Shown: one piece after another, positions 1-8,706 of the stretch
How the letters are laid out: every line of letters starts with the position of its first letter
Position numbering within the stretch: the first letter of the stretch is position 1
NCBI GenBank assembly: GCA_041489155.1
Contig: JBGPQP010000010.1
Coordinates: 1 to 43,308 of the forward strand
Source of the DNA: Candidatus Aenigmatarchaeota archaeon
Lineage (GTDB): Archaea; Aenigmatarchaeota; Aenigmatarchaeia; QMZP01; QMZT01
Direction of reading: 5' to 3'
DNA length: 43,308 nucleotides
Program-made: the position numbers and the translations under genes
The notes under the pieces: model-generated
The model's input: only the letters and a program-made list of their open reading frames with translations
Database searches by the model: none
Told to the model about the DNA's origin: nothing

Positions 1-2
1 AA

Positions 3-866
3 GGCTACACTTTCCAGCTCAGGATAGGCGACCCGTCCGGCGAGATAATGCTCCGCTACTGGGGCCCGGACAGCAAGGAAGTGGTCGAACAGCTTTACAA
101 CTCCGTGAAAAAGGACGACGTGGTTTACATCGCCGGAGAAACCACGCTTTACAACGGGAAGCTCTCGATAAACGTCAACCCGCCCACAGGGAAACTCAAG
201 GTCCTCGAGTCCCACGAATATGACAAGACTGATTTCATTCCGGAAAGCGAGAAGGACACGAAGGAGATGTACGCCGAGCTGACGAGACTCGTGGACTCCA
301 TCGAGAGCAAGCACCTAAAGGACCTGGCAAACTCATTCATCAGGGACCAGGAGTTCTCCGAGAAATTCGTCAGGCACCCGGCGGCGATGTACCGCCACCA
401 CGGCTGGCTAGGCGGCCTGCTGGAGCACACGCTGAATGTCGTCAAAATCTGCGACTTCTTCAAGGAAATCCATCCCGAGCTCAACCGCGACCTGATGGTG
501 ACCGGCGCATTACTGCATGACATCGGCAAGATACGCGAGCTCGAGGTCACGACGCACATCCGCACCTCAGTCGAGGGCATGCTTGTCGGTCATCTCGCCA
601 TAACATTCGAGGAAGTTTCTAGGAAGATGGAACTGCTCAAGACGCCTGAGGACCTGAAACTGAAAGTGAAGCACATGCTCCTGAGCCATCACGGCAAAAT
701 CGAGTATGGTTCGCCCAAGCAACCCGCGATTCCGGAAGCGCTGGCGGTCTATCTCGCCGACGACGCCGACTCAAAGATAACCGAGATGCTCACGCACATA
801 AAGAGGGCTGAAACCGAGGACGATTACGTTTATCTGGGAGAATTCGGCACCATTTACCTGAAGTGA
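3..866 (+). CDS. yhaM: 3'-5' exoribonuclease YhaM-like (OB-fold + HD domain), 5'-truncated by the window edge
   Basis: Frame is open from position 3 (GYTFQLRIGDPSGEIM). Motifs PAA..HH...GGLLEHT, LLHDIGK, LSHHG..EYGSP and AD..D are typical of YhaM/Cbf1. Confidence 0.9.
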   Translation, partial: GYTFQLRIGDPSGEIMLRYWGPDSKEVVEQLYNSVKKDDVVYIAGETTLYNGKLSINVNPPTGKLKVLESHEYDKTDFIPESEKDTKEMYAELTRLVDSIESKHLKDLANSFIRDQEFSEKFVRHPAAMYRHHGWLGGLLEHTLNVVKICDFFKEIHPELNRDLMVTGALLHDIGKIRELEVTTHIRTSVEGMLVGHLAITFEEVSRKMELLKTPEDLKLKVKHMLLSHHGKIEYGSPKQPAIPEALAVYLADDADSKITEMLTHIKRAETEDDYVYLGEFGTIYLK

Positions 867-876
867 TTCGGTATTA

Positions 877-2073
877 TCATCCGGCTTTTATCATCTCAAG
901 CTCTTCGTTCTTTAGATGCATTCCGTTGGCATGCGCTTCGCCTGCTTTCTTTCCTGATAACATAATCTTCATGTAAGGCAAAATGTTGTTTTTCACGATC
1001 TTCTCCGAGCTGTGCGTATACGCACTAAGCTTTGCGTATAGCTCGCCCATCTCCGATTTCTTGAACTTGAGCCTGGCGAGGACGGCGAACCTGTCTGGCG
1101 GGCTGTATTTGACGAAGGCGTGGGTCGTTTCGCCGGCGAACGATATTCCTGCCAGCATGTCGACCATGTGCAGCTTGAACCTCCAGTTCTGCTGTTTCGA
1201 AATTTTCTGCCTGAACATGTCTGCCTTCGATAGTATGTCTAGTGCATTCGCCAGCGCTTCGCTGTCGGCGAATTCCTGCTGCAGGTTGTTTTCGATCCAC
1301 CAGAAGACCTCGTCAGGGTCCTTGTCGCAGTTCTCTATCGCCTTCTTGGCGGCGTTGAAATTTTTAGAGCGGAATATGGTCGGGAGGACCGTGTAGATGT
1401 TCGTCTCACGCTCGCGGAAGCCTATCGCCTCGAAGTCGCTTTCAGCGATTTCCTTCCTGCCCTCAGCCATCATCTGCAAGTCGTTTATAGCCGAGCGCAT
1501 GTCGCCGGAAGACCAGCGGGCGAGATTGCGGAGGACGTCGCCTTCCGCTTTCACTCCCTCCTTCCCGCAGATTTCGCGGAGGCGTTTCTCGATAGAGCGC
1601 GGGTCGAGCCTCGAAAGTTTTATGACTTTGGAATACGCTCTCAGGGGCCGGAGCTTCGGAATGTAGGGGTCGTTGGCGGTGATCATGACCGGGAACTTTG
1701 ATTCCTTTATTATCTTCGCTATCGCGGCGACGCCGCCGCGGTCGCTCGTCCCTGAAATGCCGTCCACTTCGTCGACGAGGATCAGCTTGCCCACGCGGAA
1801 TAGCGGGCGGCTCTTCGAGGCCTCGTAAAGCTGCTTTTCTATGGCGTCAGCGTTGCGCTCGTCGCTGGCGTTCAGCTGCACGAGCATCCATCCCCTTTCG
1901 TTCGCCGCGACTTCCGCTATCAGCGTCTTGCCCGTTCCGGGCGGGCCGGTGAGTAAAATCGCCTTCCCAGGCTTCCATATCTCAAGCCATCGCGCGACCT
2001 CGCCTACGGCAGCGTCTTGACTCGTGATTTCCTTCGAAGTCCTCGGCTTGTACTTGTCCACCCAGAGCTCCAT
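877..2073 (-). CDS. rfcL: Replication factor C large subunit
   Basis: WVDKYKP N-terminus, Walker [16 protein letters not shown], Walker B ILVDEVD, GDMRSAINDLQ. Start placed at the ATG at 2073. Confidence 0.93.
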   Translation of the reverse strand: MELWVDKYKPRTSKEITSQDAAVGEVARWLEIWKPGKAILLTGPPGTGKTLIAEVAANERGWMLVQLNASDERNADAIEKQLYEASKSRPLFRVGKLILVDEVDGISGTSDRGGVAAIAKIIKESKFPVMITANDPYIPKLRPLRAYSKVIKLSRLDPRSIEKRLREICGKEGVKAEGDVLRNLARWSSGDMRSAINDLQMMAEGRKEIAESDFEAIGFRERETNIYTVLPTIFRSKNFNAAKKAIENCDKDPDEVFWWIENNLQQEFADSEALANALDILSKADMFRQKISKQQNWRFKLHMVDMLAGISFAGETTHAFVKYSPPDRFAVLARLKFKKSEMGELYAKLSAYTHSSEKIVKNNILPYMKIMLSGKKAGEAHANGMHLKNEELEMIKAG

Positions 2074-2118
2074 ATGCACACCACGCAATTATATTAAAAT
2101 GAAATATAAAATAAAAGT

Positions 2119-3654
2119 ATGGTCCTGAAGTTCTACAACACGCTGACCCGCTCGAAGGACGAGTTCGTGCCGCTGCACGGCAGCGAAGTTCGCATCTACT
2201 CGTGCGGCCCGACGGTCTACGATTACCCGCACATAGGCAACCTGCGGGCTTTCGTTTTCTATGATCTGCTAAGACGATATCTGAAATACCGCGGCTTCGC
2301 TGTCAGGCACGTGATGAACATCACGGACGTTGACGACAAGACCATCCGCAACTCGCGCAAGGAGGGCATGACGCTCACGAAATTCACGGAGAAATACACG
2401 AAAATATTCTTCGACGACCTCGAGAAGATGAACGTGGAGAAATTCGAATTCTACCCGAAAGCTACGGAACACATAAGCGAAATGGTGGAGATGGTGAAGA
2501 CGCTGCTTGCGAAGGGCTTCGCTTATCGCGGAACGGACGGCTCGGTATACTTCAACATACGCAAGTTCCCGGAATACGGCAAGCTTTCCAAGCTCGACGT
2601 CTCCGGCCTGAAGTCCGGCACGCGGGTCGCGCAGGACGAGTACTCGAAGGAGGAAGCGAGGGACTTCGCCCTCTGGAAGGCATGGACGCCGGAGGACGGC
2701 GACGTTTACTGGGAGACGGAAATCGGTAAAGGCCGTCCGGGCTGGCACATAGAATGCTCGGTCATGTCCGGCAAATACCTAGGCAAGACTTTTGATATCC
2801 ATACCGGCGGCATCGACCTGATTTTCCCCCACCATGAAAACGAGATCGCGCAGTCGGAGGCGGCGAATGGTCAGCAGGCGGTGCGCTTCTGGCTGCACAA
2901 CGAACACGTTATGGTCGAGGGGCAGAAGATGTCGAAGTCTCTGGGAAACTTCTTTACGCTTAATGACCTCGTCAAAAAGGGGCATGAGCCGAGGGCGATA
3001 CGCTACCTTCTGCTGACGACGCATTACCGCTCCAAGCTCAACATCACGGACAAGTCGCTCTTCGCCGCGAAACAGGCAGTCGAGAAAATAGATAACTTCG
3101 TCGACCTGCTGAAGGAAGCGAGGAGCAGCAAACATGAGCCTGAAGTCGCGAAGCACATACATGCCACTGAAAAGGCGTTCGCAGAAGCGATGGATGACGA
3201 CCTCGACACAGGGACAGGGATGGCGAAGATTTTCGACTTCATGCGCGACGTGAACAAGCTGCTTGACGAGGGCAAAATCGGAAAGGAAGACGCGGAGAAA
3301 TGCCTGCACGCGCTGCAGAAGTTCGATCATGTGCTGGGAGTCCTGAAAAAGGACAAAGGCATTTCGAAAGAACTGGTTGAAAAGGCGCTGGACATGCTGG
3401 TCGAGCTGCACGAGTTGCTGAAGGCTAAGGACCACGAATCGGCTAAAAAGCTCGAGGCGCTGCTCTCGCACATGAAAGGGAAGGAATACGACCCTGAAAA
3501 CTTCGGGAAGCTGATGGAAGTAATAAGCGAAGTCCGCGAAGCCCTGCGCACGAAGAAAGAGTTCGCGCTCTCTGACAAGATACGCGCCGACCTGAAAGAA
3601 ATAGGCATAATCCTTGAGGACAAGGAAGGCGGCGTGAGATGGAGAATAATTTAA
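2119..3654 (+). CDS. cysS: Cysteine--tRNA ligase
   Basis: CGPTVYD, HIGN, GRPGWHIECS, GGIDLIFPHHENE and KMSKS motifs. Confidence 0.97.
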   Translation: MVLKFYNTLTRSKDEFVPLHGSEVRIYSCGPTVYDYPHIGNLRAFVFYDLLRRYLKYRGFAVRHVMNITDVDDKTIRNSRKEGMTLTKFTEKYTKIFFDDLEKMNVEKFEFYPKATEHISEMVEMVKTLLAKGFAYRGTDGSVYFNIRKFPEYGKLSKLDVSGLKSGTRVAQDEYSKEEARDFALWKAWTPEDGDVYWETEIGKGRPGWHIECSVMSGKYLGKTFDIHTGGIDLIFPHHENEIAQSEAANGQQAVRFWLHNEHVMVEGQKMSKSLGNFFTLNDLVKKGHEPRAIRYLLLTTHYRSKLNITDKSLFAAKQAVEKIDNFVDLLKEARSSKHEPEVAKHIHATEKAFAEAMDDDLDTGTGMAKIFDFMRDVNKLLDEGKIGKEDAEKCLHALQKFDHVLGVLKKDKGISKELVEKALDMLVELHELLKAKDHESAKKLEALLSHMKGKEYDPENFGKLMEVISEVREALRTKKEFALSDKIRADLKEIGIILEDKEGGVRWRII

Positions 3655-4380
3655 TCAGAATTCAGGTCCTGCCTGCACCCTTGCTTTTCTGGCTTTCTTT
3701 TTTGCAGCCTTTGTTTTGGCCTTTGGCGCTTTTTCGGTTAGAGGCTCGGGGGGCTTCTTGGTCTTTACTTTTGTCTGTTTGGCCGGCTTCTTTGCTTTTC
3801 CTGCCCGCTTTTTCGGCTTTATGAATTTCGTGCCGCACTTGTAGCAGAACTGGTCATCCATCTGATTTTCAGCGCCGCATTTCGGGCACACGAATATCCT
3901 AAATATCTTGGGTTCGCCTGGCGGAGGCGGAGGTGGAGCGACAGGCGCGGGTGTCTGCGGTTCGGGCTGAGGCTCCTGTGGCTTTGGCGCAGCCTGGGCT
4001 TCAAGCGAGCGCACTAGCTGTTGCGCAGGTATTCCCAACTCCTGCAGCTGCTGCATGAACTGCGCCTGCAGTGGTTGCGGTTCCGCGGGTATCATCGCAG
4101 CGGTCTCGCCCCTGAACTTGCGTTTGCCGTATATCGATCCGGCTGCAGTGAAGAAAAGGCCCATGAGCATTATAATGAACGAGTTCGCGCCCATGTCTGG
4201 CCTGTAGATAAGGCAGTAAAGCCCGACCACTGCAAGGAGTATCCCTAGCAGGAAAAGCCATACGCACTTGAGAATGAAGGCAACAGTATAATATTGTTCT
4301 TCAGGCTGCTGCGCTGCCTGGGGCCCAGTCGGATAAGGCGCCTGCGCAGGTGGAGCAGAAGGATCCTGTGGATTTTCCAT
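3655..4380 (-). CDS. Membrane protein: 2 TM, Pro/Gln-rich linker, zinc ribbon (CPKC..CYKC), Lys-rich tail
   Basis: Two hydrophobic segments and CxxC-x10-CxxC in the translation. Confidence 0.75.
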   Translation of the reverse strand: MENPQDPSAPPAQAPYPTGPQAAQQPEEQYYTVAFILKCVWLFLLGILLAVVGLYCLIYRPDMGANSFIIMLMGLFFTAAGSIYGKRKFRGETAAMIPAEPQPLQAQFMQQLQELGIPAQQLVRSLEAQAAPKPQEPQPEPQTPAPVAPPPPPPGEPKIFRIFVCPKCGAENQMDDQFCYKCGTKFIKPKKRAGKAKKPAKQTKVKTKKPPEPLTEKAPKAKTKAAKKKARKARVQAGPEF

Positions 4381-4426
4381 AATTAACATAATATTTTCCG
4401 GTTAATATATGTTTGTCCGGAAAAGC

Positions 4427-4831
4427 TTATTTAATTTCTTCCGGCATCTCGCCTTTCACGTCATAAGGGTCGTACCTGTGGCATCGCGTCTCCTCCTTCC
4501 TGAACCTGCGCCCGTAGTGGAGGAAGAACAGCGCGCAGGCATCGAGCGAGAAGACGATCGCCAGCTTGAAGAAAGTCGCTTCAGCCGGAGGGCCGGAGAA
4601 CAGCTCTATAAACGTCTGCGTCGAGAGAAAGCCCACGGAGAACAGCAGCAGCATCCCTATCGCCGTCGCCGTCTTCCAGCTCCGCTGGAACTTCGTCCCT
4701 ATGACCATGACTACGCCCATTACAGCATAAGCAATCGCGAAAAACGCGTCGGAGAAAAGGTCTCGGCCTTGGACGACGATGGAAAGGAGCAGTACGCAGA
4801 AAACCACGGCAAGCATTCCGTAATAACCCAT
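4427..4831 (-). CDS. Hypothetical membrane protein (about 4 TM)
   Basis: Four hydrophobic stretches; fills the gap between neighbouring genes. Confidence 0.65.
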   Translation of the reverse strand: MGYYGMLAVVFCVLLLSIVVQGRDLFSDAFFAIAYAVMGVVMVIGTKFQRSWKTATAIGMLLLFSVGFLSTQTFIELFSGPPAEATFFKLAIVFSLDACALFFLHYGRRFRKEETRCHRYDPYDVKGEMPEEIK

Positions 4832-4920
4832 TTTTAAATTTCGGCATCAAAGGTTTTTAAGCAGCATCTGCGTATATATTTACTTGGATTCAGATACTGG
4901 ATTATTGCTGAGGTGATTTT

Positions 4921-5865
4921 ATGTGGAACCAGATCGTGATGACGCTGCTTACGATGCTGATGTTCAGTTTTGTTTACGCTGTCGTCGCTGCTATCGCTGC
5001 CTTCATGGGCATCGAAGGCTTCCTTTTCTACGGCGTGCTCGCCTTCGTGATAATGTTTGTACAGTACATGATAGGGCCCAAGATGGTCGAATGGACGATG
5101 GGCGTGCGCTACGTCTCCGAGAAAGATGCGCCCAAGCTGCACCAGATGGTTGCAGAGCTCGCGGAGAAGGCAGGCATAAAGAAGCCGAAAGTCGCTATTT
5201 CGGAAATGCGCATGCCGAACGCCTTCGCCTTCGGCCGTTCCAGAGGGGACGGCAGGATATGCGTGACCCGCGGCATACTCGACGCGATGAATGAGGACGA
5301 GCTGCGCGCGGTGATAGGGCACGAGATGTCCCACATAAAGAACAGGGACGTCCTGTTCATCACGCTGCTCAGCGTCTTACCGATGATATTCTGGTTCATA
5401 TTCAGGGGCTCGCTTTATTCTTCAGGCAAGAACAAGGGCGGAGCTGTTCTCATAGGCGTGGCGGCGTTCTTCATTTATTTCATCACCAACCTGATCGTGC
5501 TTTTCGCCTCGAGGTTCAGGGAATACCATGCAGACAAGGGAAGTGTAAATCTCGGCAACAAGCCCAACGTGATGGCATCTGCCCTATACAAGCTGGTTTA
5601 TGGCAGCGCTAAAACCAGCAGGGACGACCTGCAGAAGGTCCAGGGCCTAAAGGCTTTCTTCATGAACGATCCCTCGAAGGCTATGCGTGATTTCTCCGAA
5701 CTCAAGGTGCTGGACAGGGACATGAGCGGCACCATCGACAAGGACGAGCTTGCGAACATAAGGAACTCGAAGGTAAAGCTCGGAAAAATAGACAGATTCA
5801 TGGAAATCTACAGCACGCACCCGAACATGCTGAAGAGGATACAGAGGCTGTCGAAACTCGCGTGA
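4921..5865 (+). CDS. htpX: Zinc metalloprotease HtpX (M48)
   Basis: PNAFAFG, HEMSH, SRFREYHAD and STHP motifs with TM segments. Confidence 0.95.
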   Translation: MWNQIVMTLLTMLMFSFVYAVVAAIAAFMGIEGFLFYGVLAFVIMFVQYMIGPKMVEWTMGVRYVSEKDAPKLHQMVAELAEKAGIKKPKVAISEMRMPNAFAFGRSRGDGRICVTRGILDAMNEDELRAVIGHEMSHIKNRDVLFITLLSVLPMIFWFIFRGSLYSSGKNKGGAVLIGVAAFFIYFITNLIVLFASRFREYHADKGSVNLGNKPNVMASALYKLVYGSAKTSRDDLQKVQGLKAFFMNDPSKAMRDFSELKVLDRDMSGTIDKDELANIRNSKVKLGKIDRFMEIYSTHPNMLKRIQRLSKLA

Positions 5866-5882
5866 GCGAGAAAAGCGATAGG

Positions 5883-6029
5883 ATGATAAAGAACAAATTC
5901 ATCGCACTGGTGATTCTTTTTGTCTTACTTACAGGAACGCTGATTTTCCTTGTTTACAAATCGCCGTTGGGGCCGGTGCTCACGCTGATTGGCGTGGTGG
6001 CCTATTTCATCTTCAACAAAAAGGATTAG
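5883..6029 (+). CDS. Small 48-aa two-TM membrane protein (not in ORF track)
   Basis: Manual translation MIKNKFIALVILFVLLTGTLIFLVYKSPLGPVLTLIGVVAYFIFNKKD*; starts 17 nt after the htpX stop. Confidence 0.6.
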   Translation: MIKNKFIALVILFVLLTGTLIFLVYKSPLGPVLTLIGVVAYFIFNKKD

Positions 6030-6196
6030 CCGGCGTGTTTCTTGAATTTTTTCTCAATAAATTTTTTCCCAACAAAATTTTTCTCAACAAAATTGGGGCA
6101 TTTCTCCTTCGGGTAAATACAACATAAAATGTTTTCCATTTTGCATCTGCTGAGCTGGCCATAAGTGTCAATGCTGTTGGCGCATCTTTTAGCCAT
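6026..6196 (-). CDS. Small 56-aa Cys-rich basic protein (not in ORF track)
   Basis: Manual translation MAKRCANSIDTYGQLSRCKMENILCCIYPKEKCPNFVEKNFVGKKFIEKKFKKHAG*; stop overlaps the convergent ORF stop (TTAG). Confidence 0.5.
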   Translation of the reverse strand: MAKRCANSIDTYGQLSRCKMENILCCIYPKEKCPNFVEKNFVGKKFIEKKFKKHAG

Positions 6197-6266
6197 AAAA
6201 GAACCTTATTTACACTATTATGGCTGCAAAGATTAATAAGCAACCTTTGGCCGGCAAAGGCTGAAA

Positions 6267-6905
6267 TCAGGCTATTTTAAGTATCCGGTCAAGCCTCTCC
6301 ACCCTGTAGTCCGGCTTCAGCTTCCGGTTCCACGGTGCATCAAGGAGGGCGACGCGTATGCCGCAGTTCCTGGCGAATTCGACGTCGGCGACCGAGTCTC
6401 CTACCATGAGCACCTCGCCCTTTTCCGCGGGTATGGCTTTGGCTATGCAGATGAATTCGTCGGGAAAAGGCTTGCCTCTCTTGACATCGGAAACTGTGCA
6501 GACCTTCTCGAAATACTTGTCGAGGCCGAAGTGAGCGAAGAAAGCGAGTTTGTGCCTCAGAATCATGTTGGTCGCCACGGCGAGCTTTATTTTTTTCCTG
6601 CGCAGGCCTTCGAGCGTTTCTATGGCGCCCGGATTCAGCTTAGCGTGCTTGGGTCCGATGACGGCGTAATTGTCGTACATGGTGTTGACCATCCTCTCGA
6701 CATTCGCCTCCGAGTATTTGTCTCCTTCCTTGAGCAGCGCCTCTGTCCACTGCCTGAAAGGCGTGCCGAAGAACCTCGAGATATCCCTTTCCCACCTGTA
6801 CGGCCCCAGGCCCAGCTCGGCGAAGGTGATGTTTATCGCTTCCAGTATCGCCTTCGCTGAGGCGAGCAGCGTGCCGTCGAGGTCGAATATAACGAGCTTG
6901 TACAT
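6267..6905 (-). CDS. HAD-superfamily hydrolase (phosphoglycolate phosphatase-like)
   Basis: FDLDGTL motif I (second Asp position is Leu), ATN motif II, KP, GDS..D motif IV. Confidence 0.9.
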   Translation of the reverse strand: MYKLVIFDLDGTLLASAKAILEAINITFAELGLGPYRWERDISRFFGTPFRQWTEALLKEGDKYSEANVERMVNTMYDNYAVIGPKHAKLNPGAIETLEGLRRKKIKLAVATNMILRHKLAFFAHFGLDKYFEKVCTVSDVKRGKPFPDEFICIAKAIPAEKGEVLMVGDSVADVEFARNCGIRVALLDAPWNRKLKPDYRVERLDRILKIA

Positions 6906-6985
6906 GCAAATACCTTCGCAGAGGATTATTGAATTATTAGTTATTGCGAATGGCTGATAAAAAGTTTTCAGCCGGGCCGAACATT

Positions 6986-7456
6986 TTATTTTTCCATGTA
7001 ATACGCGTACTGCTCCGGCGTGATGAGGTTGCCGTTCGTGGCTTCTATCGGTATCTCGACGACCACCCAGACGTGCGGCTCACCCCTGTATTCGCCTTCG
7101 ACTATCTTTGAAGCGTAACCGATGCTTTCAAGTTTTTTGGCAAGCAGCTGGCTGAAGTCGTTGCAGCTGAACTGGCCCTCGACGTAGTCGTGCGAGTTCG
7201 CGATTTCCCATGCAACGAGCTCGAAATCGTGATGAGGCTTTTCGCATTTGTCCAGAACTATGACCTTGAGCCTGTCAACCGAATCCATGCACACCGCCAG
7301 CTCATCCCTGCATTGATCCAGACCATAAGAAGAAAGGATTACCTTCTCTCCTCCTGCTCCGGACGTTGCTGCGGGTTTTTCGTAAGAAGCGGTCACGTAT
7401 GCAGTCGGCTTGGCAGAAAAGACGGTAAAAACGGATAAGAAAGAGAGCGCAAGCAA
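6986..7456 (-). CDS. Secreted protein with transglutaminase/papain-like C-terminal domain; true start uncertain
   Basis: Hydrophobic N-terminus; FSCNDFS...HVWV..IEAT resembles a Cys-His-acid triad. Confidence 0.6.
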   Translation of the reverse strand: MLALSFLSVFTVFSAKPTAYVTASYEKPAATSGAGGEKVILSSYGLDQCRDELAVCMDSVDRLKVIVLDKCEKPHHDFELVAWEIANSHDYVEGQFSCNDFSQLLAKKLESIGYASKIVEGEYRGEPHVWVVVEIPIEATNGNLITPEQYAYYMEK

Positions 7457-7575
7457 TAATGCTGCTGTTCCTGCGCCAAGGTTTCCCAGAAAACCACCCG
7501 ACTTTTCAACCCTTGCATAATAATTGCACGCGAAAGAATAAATCCTTAAAAGGCATAGGCCAGAACAACAGGAAA

Positions 7576-8145
7576 TCAGCCTTTGAATTTTCCGAAGAAG
7601 AAGTTCTCACCTGCATCCTTTCTTGTCCTGGGCCTTGCCAGCTTGTCTTTGAGCCTTTCTTCAAGCTTGTCCATAATTTTTTTGACGTCCGCCTCATAGC
7701 CGAGCGCGAAAACGACGACCACGCGGTAATTTTCAGGAAAGCCTAACGCCTTCTTCACTTTCTTTTCATACCAGCCTGCCATCTGGTGGACGCGAAGACC
7801 CTGATGTTCGGCTTCTATCGCAAGGTTCATGACGCTAAGGCCGAGGTCATACGCGTAATAAGGGAGGTCATTAGTTTTGCACGCTTTCTCGGGGTCGGCG
7901 CCGACCGCAACAATGTACGGTGCCTTCTTCGCCCAGCCGTTTCCAAGCGAAAGCGCGTCCTCTAGCCCCTTCCTGGTGCCGTCATTCTTGCCGACAAAAA
8001 CGTAGTTCCATTCCTGGTTGTTGAAACACGACGGCGCCCAGCGCGCTGCCTCGCCAAGGGACTCTATCTTTTCCTTTTCTATCCCTCTGTTTTCGTCGAA
8101 AACCAGCGGGCTTTTTCTCTGGCGAATTTCAGGGAGAATGTTCAT
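7576..8145 (-). CDS. Nitroreductase family protein
   Basis: RQRKS..F, ARWAPSCFNNQEW, DLG....NL...A...GL and ALGY motifs; ATG at 8145. Confidence 0.92.
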   Translation of the reverse strand: MNILPEIRQRKSPLVFDENRGIEKEKIESLGEAARWAPSCFNNQEWNYVFVGKNDGTRKGLEDALSLGNGWAKKAPYIVAVGADPEKACKTNDLPYYAYDLGLSVMNLAIEAEHQGLRVHQMAGWYEKKVKKALGFPENYRVVVVFALGYEADVKKIMDKLEERLKDKLARPRTRKDAGENFFFGKFKG

Positions 8146-8200
8146 GAAATATTGTTGACCCCGGATTTTATAAAATTTATAAAATATCAACGCACGGTTT

Positions 8201-8578
8201 CTACTCCGGAGGCGGCACGCAGTCCGTGCTGTTGCTCCTGAAGAAGGCCCATTCCTCGCATACGTTGCCGTCGGGGAACTCGCAGTAGCCGGCTTGGCCT
8301 TCAGGCGTGTCAATTATTTTGAGCGTTCCGCCGCCCTCGACGCAGAAGACCGATGCAGGGTTGGCGATCTGCGCGCCTCCGCCGGTGCAGTTCTCTTCCC
8401 ATGTCCTAAGGCACTTTTGCTTTGCCTCGCACCAGCTGTACCCCGCTGCAATCAGGCAGCCGTGCTCGTCCTTGTCCCCGCCTATAATTTGGTTATTAGC
8501 GGTGACGCAGCCGGCTATGCCGACTGTTATTATAATAAGTATCATGAACATTCCGTAAACGAGAGTTTTCCTTTCCAT
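8201..8578 (-). CDS. DUF333-containing lipoprotein
   Basis: Lipobox IAGC; GGDKDEHGC..AGY.WC motif; IANPASVFC...GG...C...CEEW (DUF333). Confidence 0.85.
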   Translation of the reverse strand: MERKTLVYGMFMILIIITVGIAGCVTANNQIIGGDKDEHGCLIAAGYSWCEAKQKCLRTWEENCTGGGAQIANPASVFCVEGGGTLKIIDTPEGQAGYCEFPDGNVCEEWAFFRSNSTDCVPPPE

Positions 8579-8706
8579 ATCATCCCCTCCGTCAGGCATT
8601 TCCTTCTGTTAATACTTTAATAAAACACTCTTATAAATCGCCCCTTTTTTGTTCGGCAAAAACCGAAAATCAGGATTTTTAAAGCAGCGCGCTTTATTCT
8701 AAAGCA

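Noticed and set aside
6013..6243. 76-aa ORF from the track
   Set aside because: Non-ATG start and no protein-like pattern; the ATG-initiated 6196-6026 frame is more plausible.
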